Shown: positions 16,271-24,708, numbered from the stretch's first letter. The stretch: 27,124 nt of DNA from Leidyana gryllorum EB-2025a (GCA_048772705.1 JBLWGC010000097.1:1-27124), one strand, 5' to 3'. Numbers and translations are program-made. Notes: generated by a model from the letters alone, not told the origin.

Positions 16271-16352
16271 CGACAACTGCTGGATTTGAACCAGCGCGGG
16301 CCAGGCCCAGTAGATTTCTAGTCTACCCCCTTAACCACTCGGGCAAGTTGCC
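16271..16352 (-). tRNA. tRNA-Ser-AGA: tRNA-Ser(AGA)
   Basis: Intact. Confidence 0.95.
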
Positions 16353-16415
16353 GCTGTCGCACTTGGCATTTTGCGGCCAGTGGTTTCACATACGGTTCAG
16401 CGAGCTTTACTAGGA

Positions 16416-16486
16416 CTGCTCGCGCCGCCCAAACCCGCGGATCTCCCTTCAAAAGTCTTGCGCTCTACTGACTGAGTTGGGGCGGC
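16416..16486 (-). pseudogene. tRNA-Lys-derived relic
   Basis: As 3240-3309. Confidence 0.65.
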
Positions 16487-16643
16487 AAGGAAGCTCGCCC
16501 CGTACCCGAGGAAGGCCCAAGATTCCACGATCAATACAAATGGAATTGGTTACTAAGTCCGAATCTGTATCAGAGATCACGCCGACATACCATGTTTTCC
16601 AAGACGGTACGGCTCTCGGCCGAAGCCCCAACTCAACCAGTCG

Positions 16644-16716
16644 TCCACTGTAGTCTAAGTGGCTAGGATATGCGGCTTTCAACCGCACGATCCGGGTTCA
16701 AGTCCCGGCAGTGGAA
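16644..16716 (+). tRNA. tRNA-Glu-TTC: tRNA-Glu(TTC)
   Basis: Intact, A38 variant. Confidence 0.9.
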
Positions 16717-16792
16717 GTCATTGAACTACTCTAGCAAAGTGCTCCACTAATCTCCGTCAATAGCGATTGTTTCGTCATCTCCGGCTTTCATT

Positions 16793-16864
16793 GCCTTCTT
16801 AGTTTAGGGGCAGAGCGTTCGCTTCGTAAGCGAGAAGTCGCCGGTTCGATTCCGGCTGAAGGCT
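16793..16864 (+). tRNA. tRNA-Thr-CGT: tRNA-Thr(CGT), variant
   Basis: Anticodon CGT; acceptor mismatch. Confidence 0.72.
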
Positions 16865-16994
16865 CGACTGCATCGACTGGGTACCGGCAAGCTGCTCGCA
16901 AACTCCAATAATCGTAGCTCAGCCGTCAGAGGTAAGTCTCTCAGCCACGAAGTCGCAGGTTTGGAACCTGCCAGTACCTGAGGCACCCACAGGG

Positions 16995-17056
16995 GGCTGT
17001 TTGGTCTAGTTATATGATTCTTTCTTCGGCTGGAAGAAGTCCTGGGTTCAATGCCA
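16995..17056 (+). pseudogene. tRNA-Pro(CGG), 3'-truncated
   Basis: Pro 5' end to T-loop only. Confidence 0.7.
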
Positions 17057-17167
17057 CGTCTCTCCAAGGTCGGCTACTATACGCGGCTCCCACTCGTACA
17101 ATCCCGAATGAAGTCCAGATCAGCTGAGACAAAATCTGAGTTGCACCCGTTGTGAGGGCTGGAACTG

Positions 17168-17239
17168 CTCCGAGACCGGGAATCGAACCCGGGTCTTCCG
17201 CGTGAGAGGCGGAAATACTAACCACTATACTATCTCGGA
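17168..17239 (-). tRNA. tRNA-Asp body with Glu anticodon CTC
   Basis: Identical to Asp 5152-5223 except G34>C. Confidence 0.8.
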
Positions 17240-17332
17240 CGCTCCAACACACCGGCCTCAAACCCCAAAAGTCCTTCCATCTTGAGATTCCAGGGATAGA
17301 AAACGCGTGGAGCGGCGAGCCAACAACATCCC

Positions 17333-17393
17333 GGCAAGATGACCAAGTGGTCTGAGGCGCTGTGCTCAGACCGGAGTCCGAAAGGGCGTGGGT
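17333..17393 (+). pseudogene. tRNA-Leu, 3'-deleted
   Basis: Shares lesions with 2592; T-arm deleted. Confidence 0.72.
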
Positions 17394-17445
17394 ATCGGCA
17401 TTCGGTCAGCCACTGGATGCAATAGGGCTTCCATGTTGTACGCAC

Positions 17446-17518
17446 GGGCGGCTAGCTCAGATGGTGGAGCGCTCGCTTTCCAAGCGAGAGGTACGGGGAT
17501 CGATACCCAGGTCGTCCA
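17446..17518 (+). tRNA. tRNA-Ala body with Gly anticodon TCC
   Basis: G3:U70 acceptor GGGCGGC/GTCGTCC-A, CTCGC-TTTCCAA-GCGAG; one T-stem mismatch. Confidence 0.65.
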
Positions 17519-17595
17519 AAATCCGTACGGCGGCACCTGCCGGTATCTAAATACAGAGTTCTGACCGCTAAGAGAGAGGCGAATACCGCAGATCT

Positions 17596-17668
17596 CGGTA
17601 CTGCCAGGCTTCGAACTTGCGACTTTGTGGTGAACAGCCCCACGCTTTGCCGACTGAGCTACAAGACT
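17596..17668 (-). pseudogene. tRNA-Asn(GTT), damaged
   Basis: Many mismatches versus 8534. Confidence 0.72.
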
Positions 17669-17847
17669 CAGTTGCGATGTTCTTCTAAACAAGGAAGAAT
17701 CATACCTTCGCACCAAACAGCCGCTACGGCACTCACGGTGTGTCAAATCACTCCGAATCTCAAGAAACACATTTCCGCTTCCTTCATGATATCCGACGCT
17801 CAAGCGCGGTAAATGCTTATTTTCGCCGCCTTCCATGACTACCTACC

Positions 17848-17920
17848 GCCTCGGTAGCTCAGTTGGGAGAGCGCCAGACTGAAGATCTGGAAGTCCCGTG
17901 TTCGATCCACGGCCGAGGCA
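17848..17920 (+). tRNA. tRNA-Phe-GAA: tRNA-Phe(GAA)
   Basis: CCAGA-CTGAAGA-TCTGG, G20; perfect cloverleaf. Confidence 0.95.
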
Positions 17921-18030
17921 GAGAGGTTGTGACATTCGGTGTCATTCCTCGCACCCGTGCGAGCCTTCTGCCCTCCATCAGATACCTGTTTCCGGAGGCA
18001 CACGCCGCTTTCACAGTCCGCAAGCTCCGT

Positions 18031-18103
18031 GCAGCCATGGTCTAGTGCTTACGACGTCTGCTTCACACGCAGAAGTTCCCAAGTTCGATCCTCGGTGGCT
18101 GTA
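18031..18103 (+). pseudogene. tRNA-Val(CAC), damaged
   Basis: D-loop G>C, T-stem mismatch. Confidence 0.7.
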
Positions 18104-18158
18104 GCTCGCAACTTTCACCGAAAACCAAAGGAGAGAATCTCAAGCGAAACCAACTGTG

Positions 18159-18230
18159 CTCCGAGACCGGGAATCGAACCCGGGTCTTCCGCGTGACAGG
18201 CGGAAATACTAACCATTATACTCTCTCGGA
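18159..18230 (-). tRNA. tRNA-Asp-GTC: tRNA-Asp(GTC), A-box variant
   Basis: T8>G and G15>A versus 5152; possibly inactive. Confidence 0.65.
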
Positions 18231-18324
18231 CGCTCCGAGCACGCCGGCCTCCAACCCCAAAAGTCCTTTCATTTTGAGATTCCAAGGATAGAAAACGCGT
18301 GGAGCGGCGAGCCGACAACGCCCC

Positions 18325-18404
18325 GTGAACATGGTCGAGTGGTCTAAGGCGCTGTGCGCAGACCGGAGTCCGAGCGGGCGTGGGTTCGAATCCCACTTTT
18401 GTCA
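18325..18404 (+). pseudogene. tRNA-Leu, damaged
   Basis: Acceptor 5' strand destroyed. Confidence 0.72.
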
Positions 18405-18440
18405 GGTTGCGCCCTAAACGGGAGAAACATAGAGTCCGAT

Positions 18441-18512
18441 TGGGCCCAGAGTGATTTGAACACACAACCTTCTGATCTGGAGTCAGACGCGCTACCGTTG
18501 CGCCATAGGCCC
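18441..18512 (-). tRNA. tRNA-Trp-CCA: tRNA-Trp(CCA)
   Basis: TCTGA-CTCCAGA-TCAGA. Confidence 0.85.
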
Positions 18513-18576
18513 AAAAACATCCCCCGTTCCAGACTCATTGCCTTGTGATCAGGAGTGGAGGTTTCATTCCATCTTC

Positions 18577-18648
18577 AGGGCACGCGCGGAGCTGAACCGC
18601 GGACTTGCTGATCTGCAGTCAGCTGCTCTGCCACTGAGCTTCGTACCC
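18577..18648 (-). tRNA. tRNA-Cys-GCA: tRNA-Cys(GCA), variant (T8>A)
   Basis: Cys cloverleaf, four changes versus 5686. Confidence 0.65.
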
Positions 18649-18996
18649 AGAACTGCCCCTCATACTCGCTCAACTCGATTCTGTCTTCTCGTTTGAAGCA
18701 AAACGGCCGTGCACGTCCCTTAGACCATGGCTGCACGGAAGGTCCCGCAGACCAAGAGGAGTGGTGAGGTTTCAGAAAGTAGTGCATTTGGCCATGTTGC
18801 CAGCTCGCTTTCTTTCCCGTCACTCCAACCGTTTGTAGTCTGTTGGGCTGACACGCGGCTCCCACTACGGAAGTTCCAGCTCTGGGAGTAGAGCCACTTC
18901 ACATGTCAGGCTATCGGGTTTTGTGCCCTTTGATCCATCGATAGGCTGTCTAACAACGGCTGTCACCACGTACAAAATGCAGCAAGATCATGTTCT

Positions 18997-19067
18997 GCAT
19001 CTGTGGTCTAGTGGTAGAATGTCTCGTTGCCATCGACACGACCCGGGTTCGATTCCCGGCAGCTGCA
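18997..19067 (+). tRNA. tRNA-Gly-GCC: tRNA-Gly(GCC), variant
   Basis: Two stem mismatches versus 660. Confidence 0.7.
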
Positions 19068-19131
19068 GATGAGATAGCACATGGTTGAGTTTCATGGGTC
19101 AGTTGTTGTCTGCCCCTCCAATCACATCGAA

Positions 19132-19213
19132 CGACAACTGCTGGATTTGAACCAGCGCGGGCCAGGCCCAGTAGATTTCAAGTCTACCCCCTTAACCACT
19201 CGGGCAAGTTGCC
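19132..19213 (-). tRNA. tRNA-Ser-TGA: tRNA-Ser(TGA)
   Basis: Same body as 795, GTAGA-CTTGAAA-TCTAC. Confidence 0.95.
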
Positions 19214-19284
19214 AACTGTCGAATTCGACATGCCGCGAGGAGTGACCAAATGCCCCCATGTTCAGCCTGTCCTGCGGCATTGAT

Positions 19285-19345
19285 AGGTGTCTAAACTGAC
19301 CTCTCGCGTGCCAAGTCACCGCTCTACCACTTGAGATAGCCGCCC
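19285..19345 (-). pseudogene. tRNA-Ala relic
   Basis: Inverted copy of 4530-4590. Confidence 0.6.
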
Positions 19346-19431
19346 ACTCGCCAAACCTAGGTGAACTTCCCATCTGAGACCGACTCACAGTTCTCTGGCG
19401 CCTCATTCGTCAGTGCAACTGTTGTGACTCG

Positions 19432-19504
19432 TCCACTGTAGTCTGAGTGGCTAGGATATGCGGCTTTCACCCGCACGATCCGGGTTCAAGTCCCGGCCGT
19501 AGAA
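19432..19504 (+). pseudogene. tRNA-Glu(TTC), acceptor damaged
   Basis: Two acceptor mismatches. Confidence 0.7.
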
Positions 19505-19580
19505 GTCATTAGAGTACTCGATCAAAGTGCTCTGATAACTTGCGTAAATAGGGACTGATGCGTGATTCCCGGCTTGCATT

Positions 19581-19652
19581 GCCTTCTTAGCTTAGGGGCA
19601 GAGCATTCGCTTAGTAAGCGAAAGGTCGCCGGTTCGATTCCGGCAGAAGGCT
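19581..19652 (+). tRNA. tRNA-Thr-AGT: tRNA-Thr(AGT)
   Basis: Intact. Confidence 0.95.
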
Positions 19653-19698
19653 TGCTCACGAGCCAATCTATCCTACAACTGTTCCCTTCTGCCACACT

Positions 19699-19770
19699 TA
19701 GCAGTGCGTCGTTTCGATCGACGGACCTTTGGGTTATGAGCCCAACACTCTTCCACTGAGCTACACTGCT
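19699..19770 (-). tRNA. tRNA-iMet-CAT: initiator tRNA-Met(CAT)
   Basis: Identical to 11622. Confidence 0.95.
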
Positions 19771-19906
19771 CAGTCTGCAACATGGAAGAGGGAGCCGAAA
19801 TGCGATTCTTGAGATGTTAATGGCCTTGAGTGCCGAAGTGGGCTAACGAGGTGGCTGTGTTGGTTGTGAGGGCAACTTGTCCCGTCGGGTCAACCGACGA
19901 CCAAGA

Positions 19907-19976
19907 GGGCTGTTCTGGAATCGAACCCAGGACTCCTTCCACTCTGAGGAAGGATTATACCAGCAGAGCAACAGCC
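19907..19976 (-). pseudogene. tRNA-Pro, damaged
   Basis: Copy of 15287-15356. Confidence 0.75.
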
Positions 19977-20064
19977 GATTACTTGGGTGCATGCAACCGA
20001 ATATACAAATGGAGATTCGAATCTATTGTGACCTTTTCCAGCATTTTTTGGGGATGATCGCCGT

Positions 20065-20148
20065 TGCACAGAATGGGATTCGAACCCATGCAGACTTGCG
20101 CCTACCAGAACTTGAGTCTGGCCCCTTAGACCACTCGGGCATCTGTGC
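20065..20148 (-). tRNA. tRNA-Leu-CAA: tRNA-Leu(CAA)
   Basis: Identical to 15117. Confidence 0.95.
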
Positions 20149-20244
20149 ATTACTTTCCTTCTGAGTTCCAAAGTGTTAATGGCTTCCGTTGCGACCACCG
20201 ATGTCCTTCTGGCTGCGGTGTGCCGCCCCGAAGTACTCTCACGG

Positions 20245-20324
20245 CCCAGGGTGCTTAGATGGTAACGTATCTGACTGTAGTGGTGGCATCAGATATTCCA
20301 CGAGTAAATTCCGTCCCACCCGAA
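20245..20324 (+). pseudogene. tRNA-Tyr(GTA) relic with 7-nt intron
   Basis: Copy of 14941-15020. Confidence 0.7.
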
Positions 20325-20424
20325 GTTGAGGAGTGGACTTCTTGCAACGCAGGTCATCTGACGCTCCTGTTCCATTCCATCCTGATAGATGCTTCGCTAC
20401 CTCTACAGCCTCGCTCAAAGATTT

Positions 20425-20496
20425 GTCCGAGTCGTCTAGTGGTTAGGACAGCACGTTGTGGCCGTGCAAACCCAGGCTCGATTCCTGGCTCGGACA
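20425..20496 (+). tRNA. tRNA-His-GTG: tRNA-His(GTG)
   Basis: Identical to 14769. Confidence 0.92.
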
Positions 20497-20569
20497 ACCA
20501 ATCTAAAGTGCATTGCAATTCCCCTCCAAAACTGAGAGACCACTCAGAAAAGCTTAAGTGCGTGAGCAA

Positions 20570-20640
20570 AGCCTTCTGCCGGAATCGAACCGGCGACCTT
20601 TCGCTTACAAAGCGAATGCTCGGCCACCAGCTAAGAAGGC
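20570..20640 (-). pseudogene. tRNA-Thr(TGT), D-arm damaged
   Basis: TTCGC-TTTGTAA-GCGAA. Confidence 0.7.
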
Positions 20641-20741
20641 AATGTTAACGGAAGTTACTGAAGCTCATTGTTCCACCGGTCGAACGGATCCAGGGCTCCA
20701 CCCAACGGCAAATAGGGTGTAACTCAGTTTAGAGCTTCGTT

Positions 20742-20814
20742 GCCGCCCTAGCTCAGTCCGTAGAGCGCAAGACTTTCAATCTTGCAGTCGCGGGTTCGAG
20801 CCCCGCGGGCGGTG
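20742..20814 (+). pseudogene. tRNA-Lys body with TTC anticodon, G18>C
   Basis: CAAGA-CTTTCAA-TCTTG. Confidence 0.7.
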
Positions 20815-20944
20815 TGGATCTATCTCCCTTACTAACCACTATACTATCTCGGACGCTCTGAACACGCCGGCCTCCAATCCCAGAAGTCTTTCTATTTTGG
20901 CTCACGGACAAAAAACGCGTGGAGGGATGAACCAACAACACTCC

Positions 20945-21023
20945 GGCAAGATGGCCGAGTAGTCTAAGGCGCTGTGTTTAGGCCGCAGTCCGAAAGGGCG
21001 TGGGTTCGAAGCCACGCTTGTCA
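20945..21023 (+). pseudogene. tRNA-Leu(TAG), damaged
   Basis: CTGTG-TTTAGGC-CGCAG; D-loop and T-arm lesions. Confidence 0.72.
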
Positions 21024-21081
21024 GCCGTTGTATCGGCTCGGTCAGCCACTGGATGCAATAGATCTTCCATGTAGAGCGGAT

Positions 21082-21154
21082 GGGCGGCTAGCTCAGATGG
21101 TGGAGCTCTCGCTTTGCATGCGAGAGGTACTGGGATCGATACCCAGGTCGTCCA
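21082..21154 (+). tRNA. tRNA-Ala-TGC: tRNA-Ala(TGC)
   Basis: G3:U70, CTCGC-TTTGCAT-GCGAG. Confidence 0.85.
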
Positions 21155-21243
21155 AACTCCATGCAATTTTGGCTGCAGAGAAACGACTGGCGCGTGGTCC
21201 AAAAATGTGAATGTTGATATTTCAATCTAGTCGAAAAGCCGCG

Positions 21244-21310
21244 GCCTACGTGGCGCAATGGATAGCGCGTTGGACTTCTAATCCAAAGGTTGCGAGTCTC
21301 GCCGTAGGTA
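21244..21310 (+). pseudogene. tRNA-Arg(TCT) with T-loop deletion
   Basis: TTGGA-CTTCTAA-TCCAA; GCGAGTCTCGC lacks the TTCGA loop. Confidence 0.8.
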
Positions 21311-21373
21311 GCCAAAGGTTCAGCACTTTACTTCGATGATTTGGCTACTAGCTGCCTTCGCTGAGGAATGTTG

Positions 21374-21444
21374 TCCACTGTAGTCTGAGTGGCTAGGATA
21401 TGCGGCCTCACCCGCAAGCTCCGGGCTCAAGTCCGGCAGTGGAA
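21374..21444 (+). pseudogene. tRNA-Glu, damaged
   Basis: Anticodon-loop and T-stem deletions. Confidence 0.75.
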
Positions 21445-21532
21445 GTCAGTGGTTGAAGTCAGTGGAATACTTGAGCAAAGTGCCCCGCAATCTCCGTCAA
21501 TAGTGTCTGATTCGTGATCTTCGGCTTGCATT

Positions 21533-21604
21533 GCCTTCTTAGCTTAGGGGCACAGCATTCGCTTAGTAAGCGAAAAGTCGCCGGTTCGATTCCGGCAGAA
21601 GGCT
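21533..21604 (+). tRNA. tRNA-Thr-AGT: tRNA-Thr(AGT), variant
   Basis: Two changes versus 1334. Confidence 0.8.
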
Positions 21605-21802
21605 TGACTGCATCGACTGGGCACCTGCAAAGCTTAAGTCTCTCAAGCTCCAATCATCTTAACCGAGCGTCGTAGTTCAGCCACCAGAGGGTAAGTCTCT
21701 TAGCCACAAAGTCGCAGACTGGAACCTGCCAGTACTTGAGGCACCCACTAGCTCAACGCAGACTGCGGCCGAGTCTCGGGGTGCTGGAGCTCTTTCTCGA
21801 GT

Positions 21803-21873
21803 GCACTTGTGGTCCAAGGGTAGGATGCGAGCTTCCCATGCTCGCAGCCCGGGATCGAGTCCCGGCAGGTGCA
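21803..21873 (+). tRNA. tRNA-Gly-CCC: tRNA-Gly(CCC)
   Basis: CGAGC-TTCCCAT-GCTCG; T-loop GATCGAG. Confidence 0.8.
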
Positions 21874-21948
21874 GCCGATCGTACAGACTTGACCATGGCT
21901 GCAACAATATTTTCAACCGGGGCGAAGAGCAATGCACTTTAGACTGCT

Positions 21949-22020
21949 TGTCCGAGCCAGGAATCGAGCCTGGGTTTGCACGGCCACAACGTGCTGTCCT
22001 AACCACTAGACGACTCGGAC
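21949..22020 (-). tRNA. tRNA-His-GTG: tRNA-His(GTG)
   Basis: Identical to 14769. Confidence 0.92.
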
Positions 22021-22119
22021 AATCTTTGAGCGAGGCTTTAGAGGTAGCGAAGCATCGATCAGGGTGGAACGGAACAGGAGTGTCAGACGAACTACGTTGT
22101 AAGAAGTCCACTCCTCAAC

Positions 22120-22200
22120 TCCCGGCGGGACCGAATTTGCTCGTCGAATATTTGATGCCACCACTACAATCACATGCGTTGCCATCTAAGCAACTCGGGC
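22120..22200 (-). pseudogene. tRNA-Tyr relic
   Basis: TGATGCCACCACTACA core, syntenic with 14941. Confidence 0.6.
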
Positions 22201-22293
22201 CGTAAGAGTACTTCGGGGCGGTACACCGCACCCGAACGACATCGACGTCGCAACGGAAGCGATTAACACTCTGGAACTCAGAGAGAAAGTAAC

Positions 22294-22377
22294 GCACAGA
22301 TGCCCGAGTGGTCTAAGGGGCCAGACTCAAATTCTGGTAGGCGCAAGTCTGCATGGGTTCGAATCCCATTTTGTGCA
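22294..22377 (+). tRNA. tRNA-Leu-CAA: tRNA-Leu(CAA)
   Basis: Two changes versus 15117. Confidence 0.88.
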
Positions 22378-22579
22378 ACGCCGATCATCCTCGAGAATAG
22401 GCTGGAAAAGCTACGGTAGATTCGAGTCTCTCTCTGTATATCCGGTTGCATGCACCCAAGTATTCGGCTATTTGATCTAGCGGTGGTATCCGTGTCAGGA
22501 TGGAAAAAGAAATGGATCCGATTCCCAGAAAAGCTCATTATGGTGTTGACCTGACATCCCACTCCTTTTGAGGATGGTA

Positions 22580-22637
22580 CGGCTCCAGGCCCAATAGAAT
22601 TCAAATCCACCACCCCTCCCCACTCGGGCAAGTTGGC
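22580..22637 (-). pseudogene. tRNA-Ser 5' relic
   Basis: CCAGGCCCAATAGA...CCACTCGGGCAAGTTG. Confidence 0.6.
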
Positions 22638-22725
22638 AACTGTCGAACTCGGGAGGCCGCGAGGAGTGGCCCCAGATGCGGCTGCGGTGAGTGCTTATTT
22701 TCACTGCGTTTCAAGACTTTTTAGC

Positions 22726-22798
22726 GCCTCGGTAGCTCAGTTGGGAGAGCGCCAGACTGCAGAACTGGAAGTCCCGTGTTCGATGCACGGCCGAGGCA
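22726..22798 (+). pseudogene. tRNA-Phe body with GCA anticodon
   Basis: CCAGA-CTGCAGA-ACTGG (31-39 mismatch). Confidence 0.72.
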
Positions 22799-22935
22799 GA
22801 GAGGTTGTGGCATCTGGTGTCAAAATCTCTCGCGCCCGTGCGAGGGTTCTGCCCCTCAGCTAACCAGGCAGGCCCTGTCTCGATCACATGACGGTATGGC
22901 TGAGCCAACACCTTCGAACGTTTCATTCCATCTTC

Positions 22936-23007
22936 AGGGCACGCGCGGAGTTGAACCACGGACTTGCTGATCTGCAGTCAGCTGCTCTACCACTGAGCTA
23001 CGTACCC
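22936..23007 (-). tRNA. tRNA-Cys-GCA: tRNA-Cys(GCA)
   Basis: Identical to 5686. Confidence 0.93.
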
Positions 23008-23150
23008 AGAACTGCCCCTCATACTCACTCAACTCGTTCCTGTCTCCTCACTTGAAGCAAAACGGCCGTGTACTAGAACATAGCTGCACGGATGGTCCCC
23101 GCAGCCCAAGAGAAGTGGCGAAGTTTCAGGAGTAGTGAGGACCAGTTCCG

Positions 23151-23222
23151 AGGTCGTGCCGGGAATCGAACCCAGGTCGGGAGATTCAGAGTCTCCAGTG
23201 CTAACCACTACACCACGCAACC
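23151..23222 (-). tRNA. tRNA-Gln-CTG: tRNA-Gln(CTG)
   Basis: One acceptor mismatch; same flanks as Gln(TTG) 6840. Confidence 0.85.
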
Positions 23223-23466
23223 GGTTCAGCCCATCCCAAAAGAGTCGGTACAGCCATCCGGACCAGAGAACCTTCCGTCGGGATTCCCGTGCGAACTGTC
23301 AGTGGTGTAGGTACACCCCCTTCTCGATGTCAGTATTTGGCTCTTGGAATGACTGTTTGGCGGGGTGGACGAAGGTCTGAGCGGCCGCTTCACTCCCAGT
23401 CATGGGGTTTTGCTGTGCACATCACTCGCTCCTTCGGCTAGTGACTGTTCACCTCAACTCTGAAGC

Positions 23467-23540
23467 GGTCACATATTCCAGTCGGTTAGAGCGTGAGCCT
23501 GATAACTTCCGAGTCCGCGACTGGAGCCCGCGCGTGACCA
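23467..23540 (+). pseudogene. tRNA-Ile relic
   Basis: CAGTCGGTTAGAGCGTGAGCCT...CGTGACCA. Confidence 0.65.
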
Positions 23541-23640
23541 AGTGAGTGGATCTCTGATACAGATTCGCCCTGCACCCGAGCAAGGCCCAAGATTCCACGA
23601 TCAATACGAATGGAATTTGTTACTAAGTCCGAGCTTCGTT

Positions 23641-23710
23641 GCCGCCCCAAGTCCGTCGGTAGAGCGCAAGACTTTTGAGGGGAGACCGCCGGTTCGGGCA
23701 GCGCGAGAAC
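23641..23710 (+). pseudogene. tRNA-Lys-derived relic
   Basis: As 3240-3309. Confidence 0.65.
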
Positions 23711-23767
23711 TCAAGGTTGCTGAACCGTTTGTGAAGCCACTGGCCGCAAAATGCCAAGTTCGACAGC

Positions 23768-23849
23768 GGCAACTTGCCCGAGTGGTTAAGGGGGTAGACT
23801 AGAAATCTACTGGGCCGTGCCCGAGCTGGTTCAAATCCAGCAGTTGTCG
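23768..23849 (+). tRNA. tRNA-Ser-AGA: tRNA-Ser(AGA)
   Basis: Variable-region changes only. Confidence 0.85.
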
Positions 23850-23939
23850 TGCGATGTGGTTGGAGGGTTAAACACCACTCAATACTTCCACTGCTCCACC
23901 CACCGGCAAATGGGGTGTAACTAAGTTTAGAGCTTCCTT

Positions 23940-24012
23940 GCCGCCCTAGCTCAGTCGGTAGAGCGCAAGACTTTTAATCTTGCAGTCGCGGGTTCGAGCC
24001 CCGCGGGCGGTG
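23940..24012 (+). tRNA. tRNA-Lys-TTT: tRNA-Lys(TTT)
   Basis: Same body as Lys(CTT) 4238, anticodon TTT. Confidence 0.95.
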
Positions 24013-24069
24013 CAAATCAATGTCCCTGGGAGTAGTGGAACCGTTGCCTACAAGCACACTCTGCTGGAT

Positions 24070-24142
24070 TTCCACTGCCGGGGCTTGAACCCGGGTCGTG
24101 CGGGTGAGAGCCGCATATCCTAGCCACTTAGACTACAGTGGA
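24070..24142 (-). tRNA. tRNA-Glu-CTC: tRNA-Glu(CTC)
   Basis: Intact. Confidence 0.92.
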
Positions 24143-24223
24143 CAACTTCCTCAGCTGCAGCTTTGGACGAAAGCCGTACCATCTTGAGATGAGATGGAGC
24201 GTCGGGTCAACCGACAAGCAACG

Positions 24224-24295
24224 GGGCTGTTCTGGGAATCGAACCCAGGACTTCTTCCACACGAAGGAAGAATTATACCACTAGACCAAACAGCC
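24224..24295 (-). pseudogene. tRNA-Pro body with CGT anticodon
   Basis: CTTCC-TTCGTGT-GGAAG; one D-stem mismatch. Confidence 0.65.
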
Positions 24296-24408
24296 GGTGC
24301 ATCAGACAGTACAATTGACTTGGTATAGCGTCCAGCGTGGAGCGAGTTCGAGTCGGGCAGAAACCTCATTTCAATCATTGAAGCAGTTGCGCTCTCCCCG
24401 AATGCTAC

Positions 24409-24490
24409 CGACAAGGGTGAGATTCGAACTCACGCGGTTGAAACCCAACGGCTTAACAGGCCGCCGTTTTAACCGCTCGGCCAGCTTGCC
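24409..24490 (-). pseudogene. tRNA-Ser(GCT) body with GTT anticodon, damaged
   Basis: GCGGC-CTGTTAA-GCCGT; D-stem broken versus 26468. Confidence 0.72.
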
Positions 24491-24519
24491 GAGAGTGTAA
24501 CTGGTTACACTTCCCTCGG

Positions 24520-24580
24520 AAAGGAAACGAATCGGCGACCTTTCGCTTACTAAGCGAATGCTCCCCTGAGCTAAGAAGGC
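24520..24580 (-). pseudogene. tRNA-Thr(AGT) fragment
   Basis: 3' end lost, D-arm deletion. Confidence 0.7.
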
Positions 24581-24648
24581 AATGCAGGCCGAAGATCACG
24601 AATCAGTGACTATTGACGGGGATTACTGGAGCACTTTGCTCGAGTAGC

Positions 24649-24708
24649 TTCCACTGCCGGGACTTGAACCCGGATAGATAGTCGGCGGTTCGATTCCGTC
24701 CCACCGGA
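24649..24708. pseudogene. Fusion of tRNA-Glu 3' part (-) and tRNA-Tyr 3' part (+)
   Basis: TTCCACTGCCGGGACTTGAACCCGGAT | AGATAGTCGGCGGTTCGATTCCGTCCCACCGGA. Confidence 0.85.

Noticed and set aside
19132-19213. Selenocysteine or opal suppressor tRNA
   Set aside because: The anticodon is TGA (reads UCA, Ser), not TCA; ordinary Ser body.
21374-21444. Apparent TCA suppressor anticodon in a Glu body
   Set aside because: A 6-nt loop from a 1-nt deletion of CTCTCAC, with a damaged T-arm; pseudogene.
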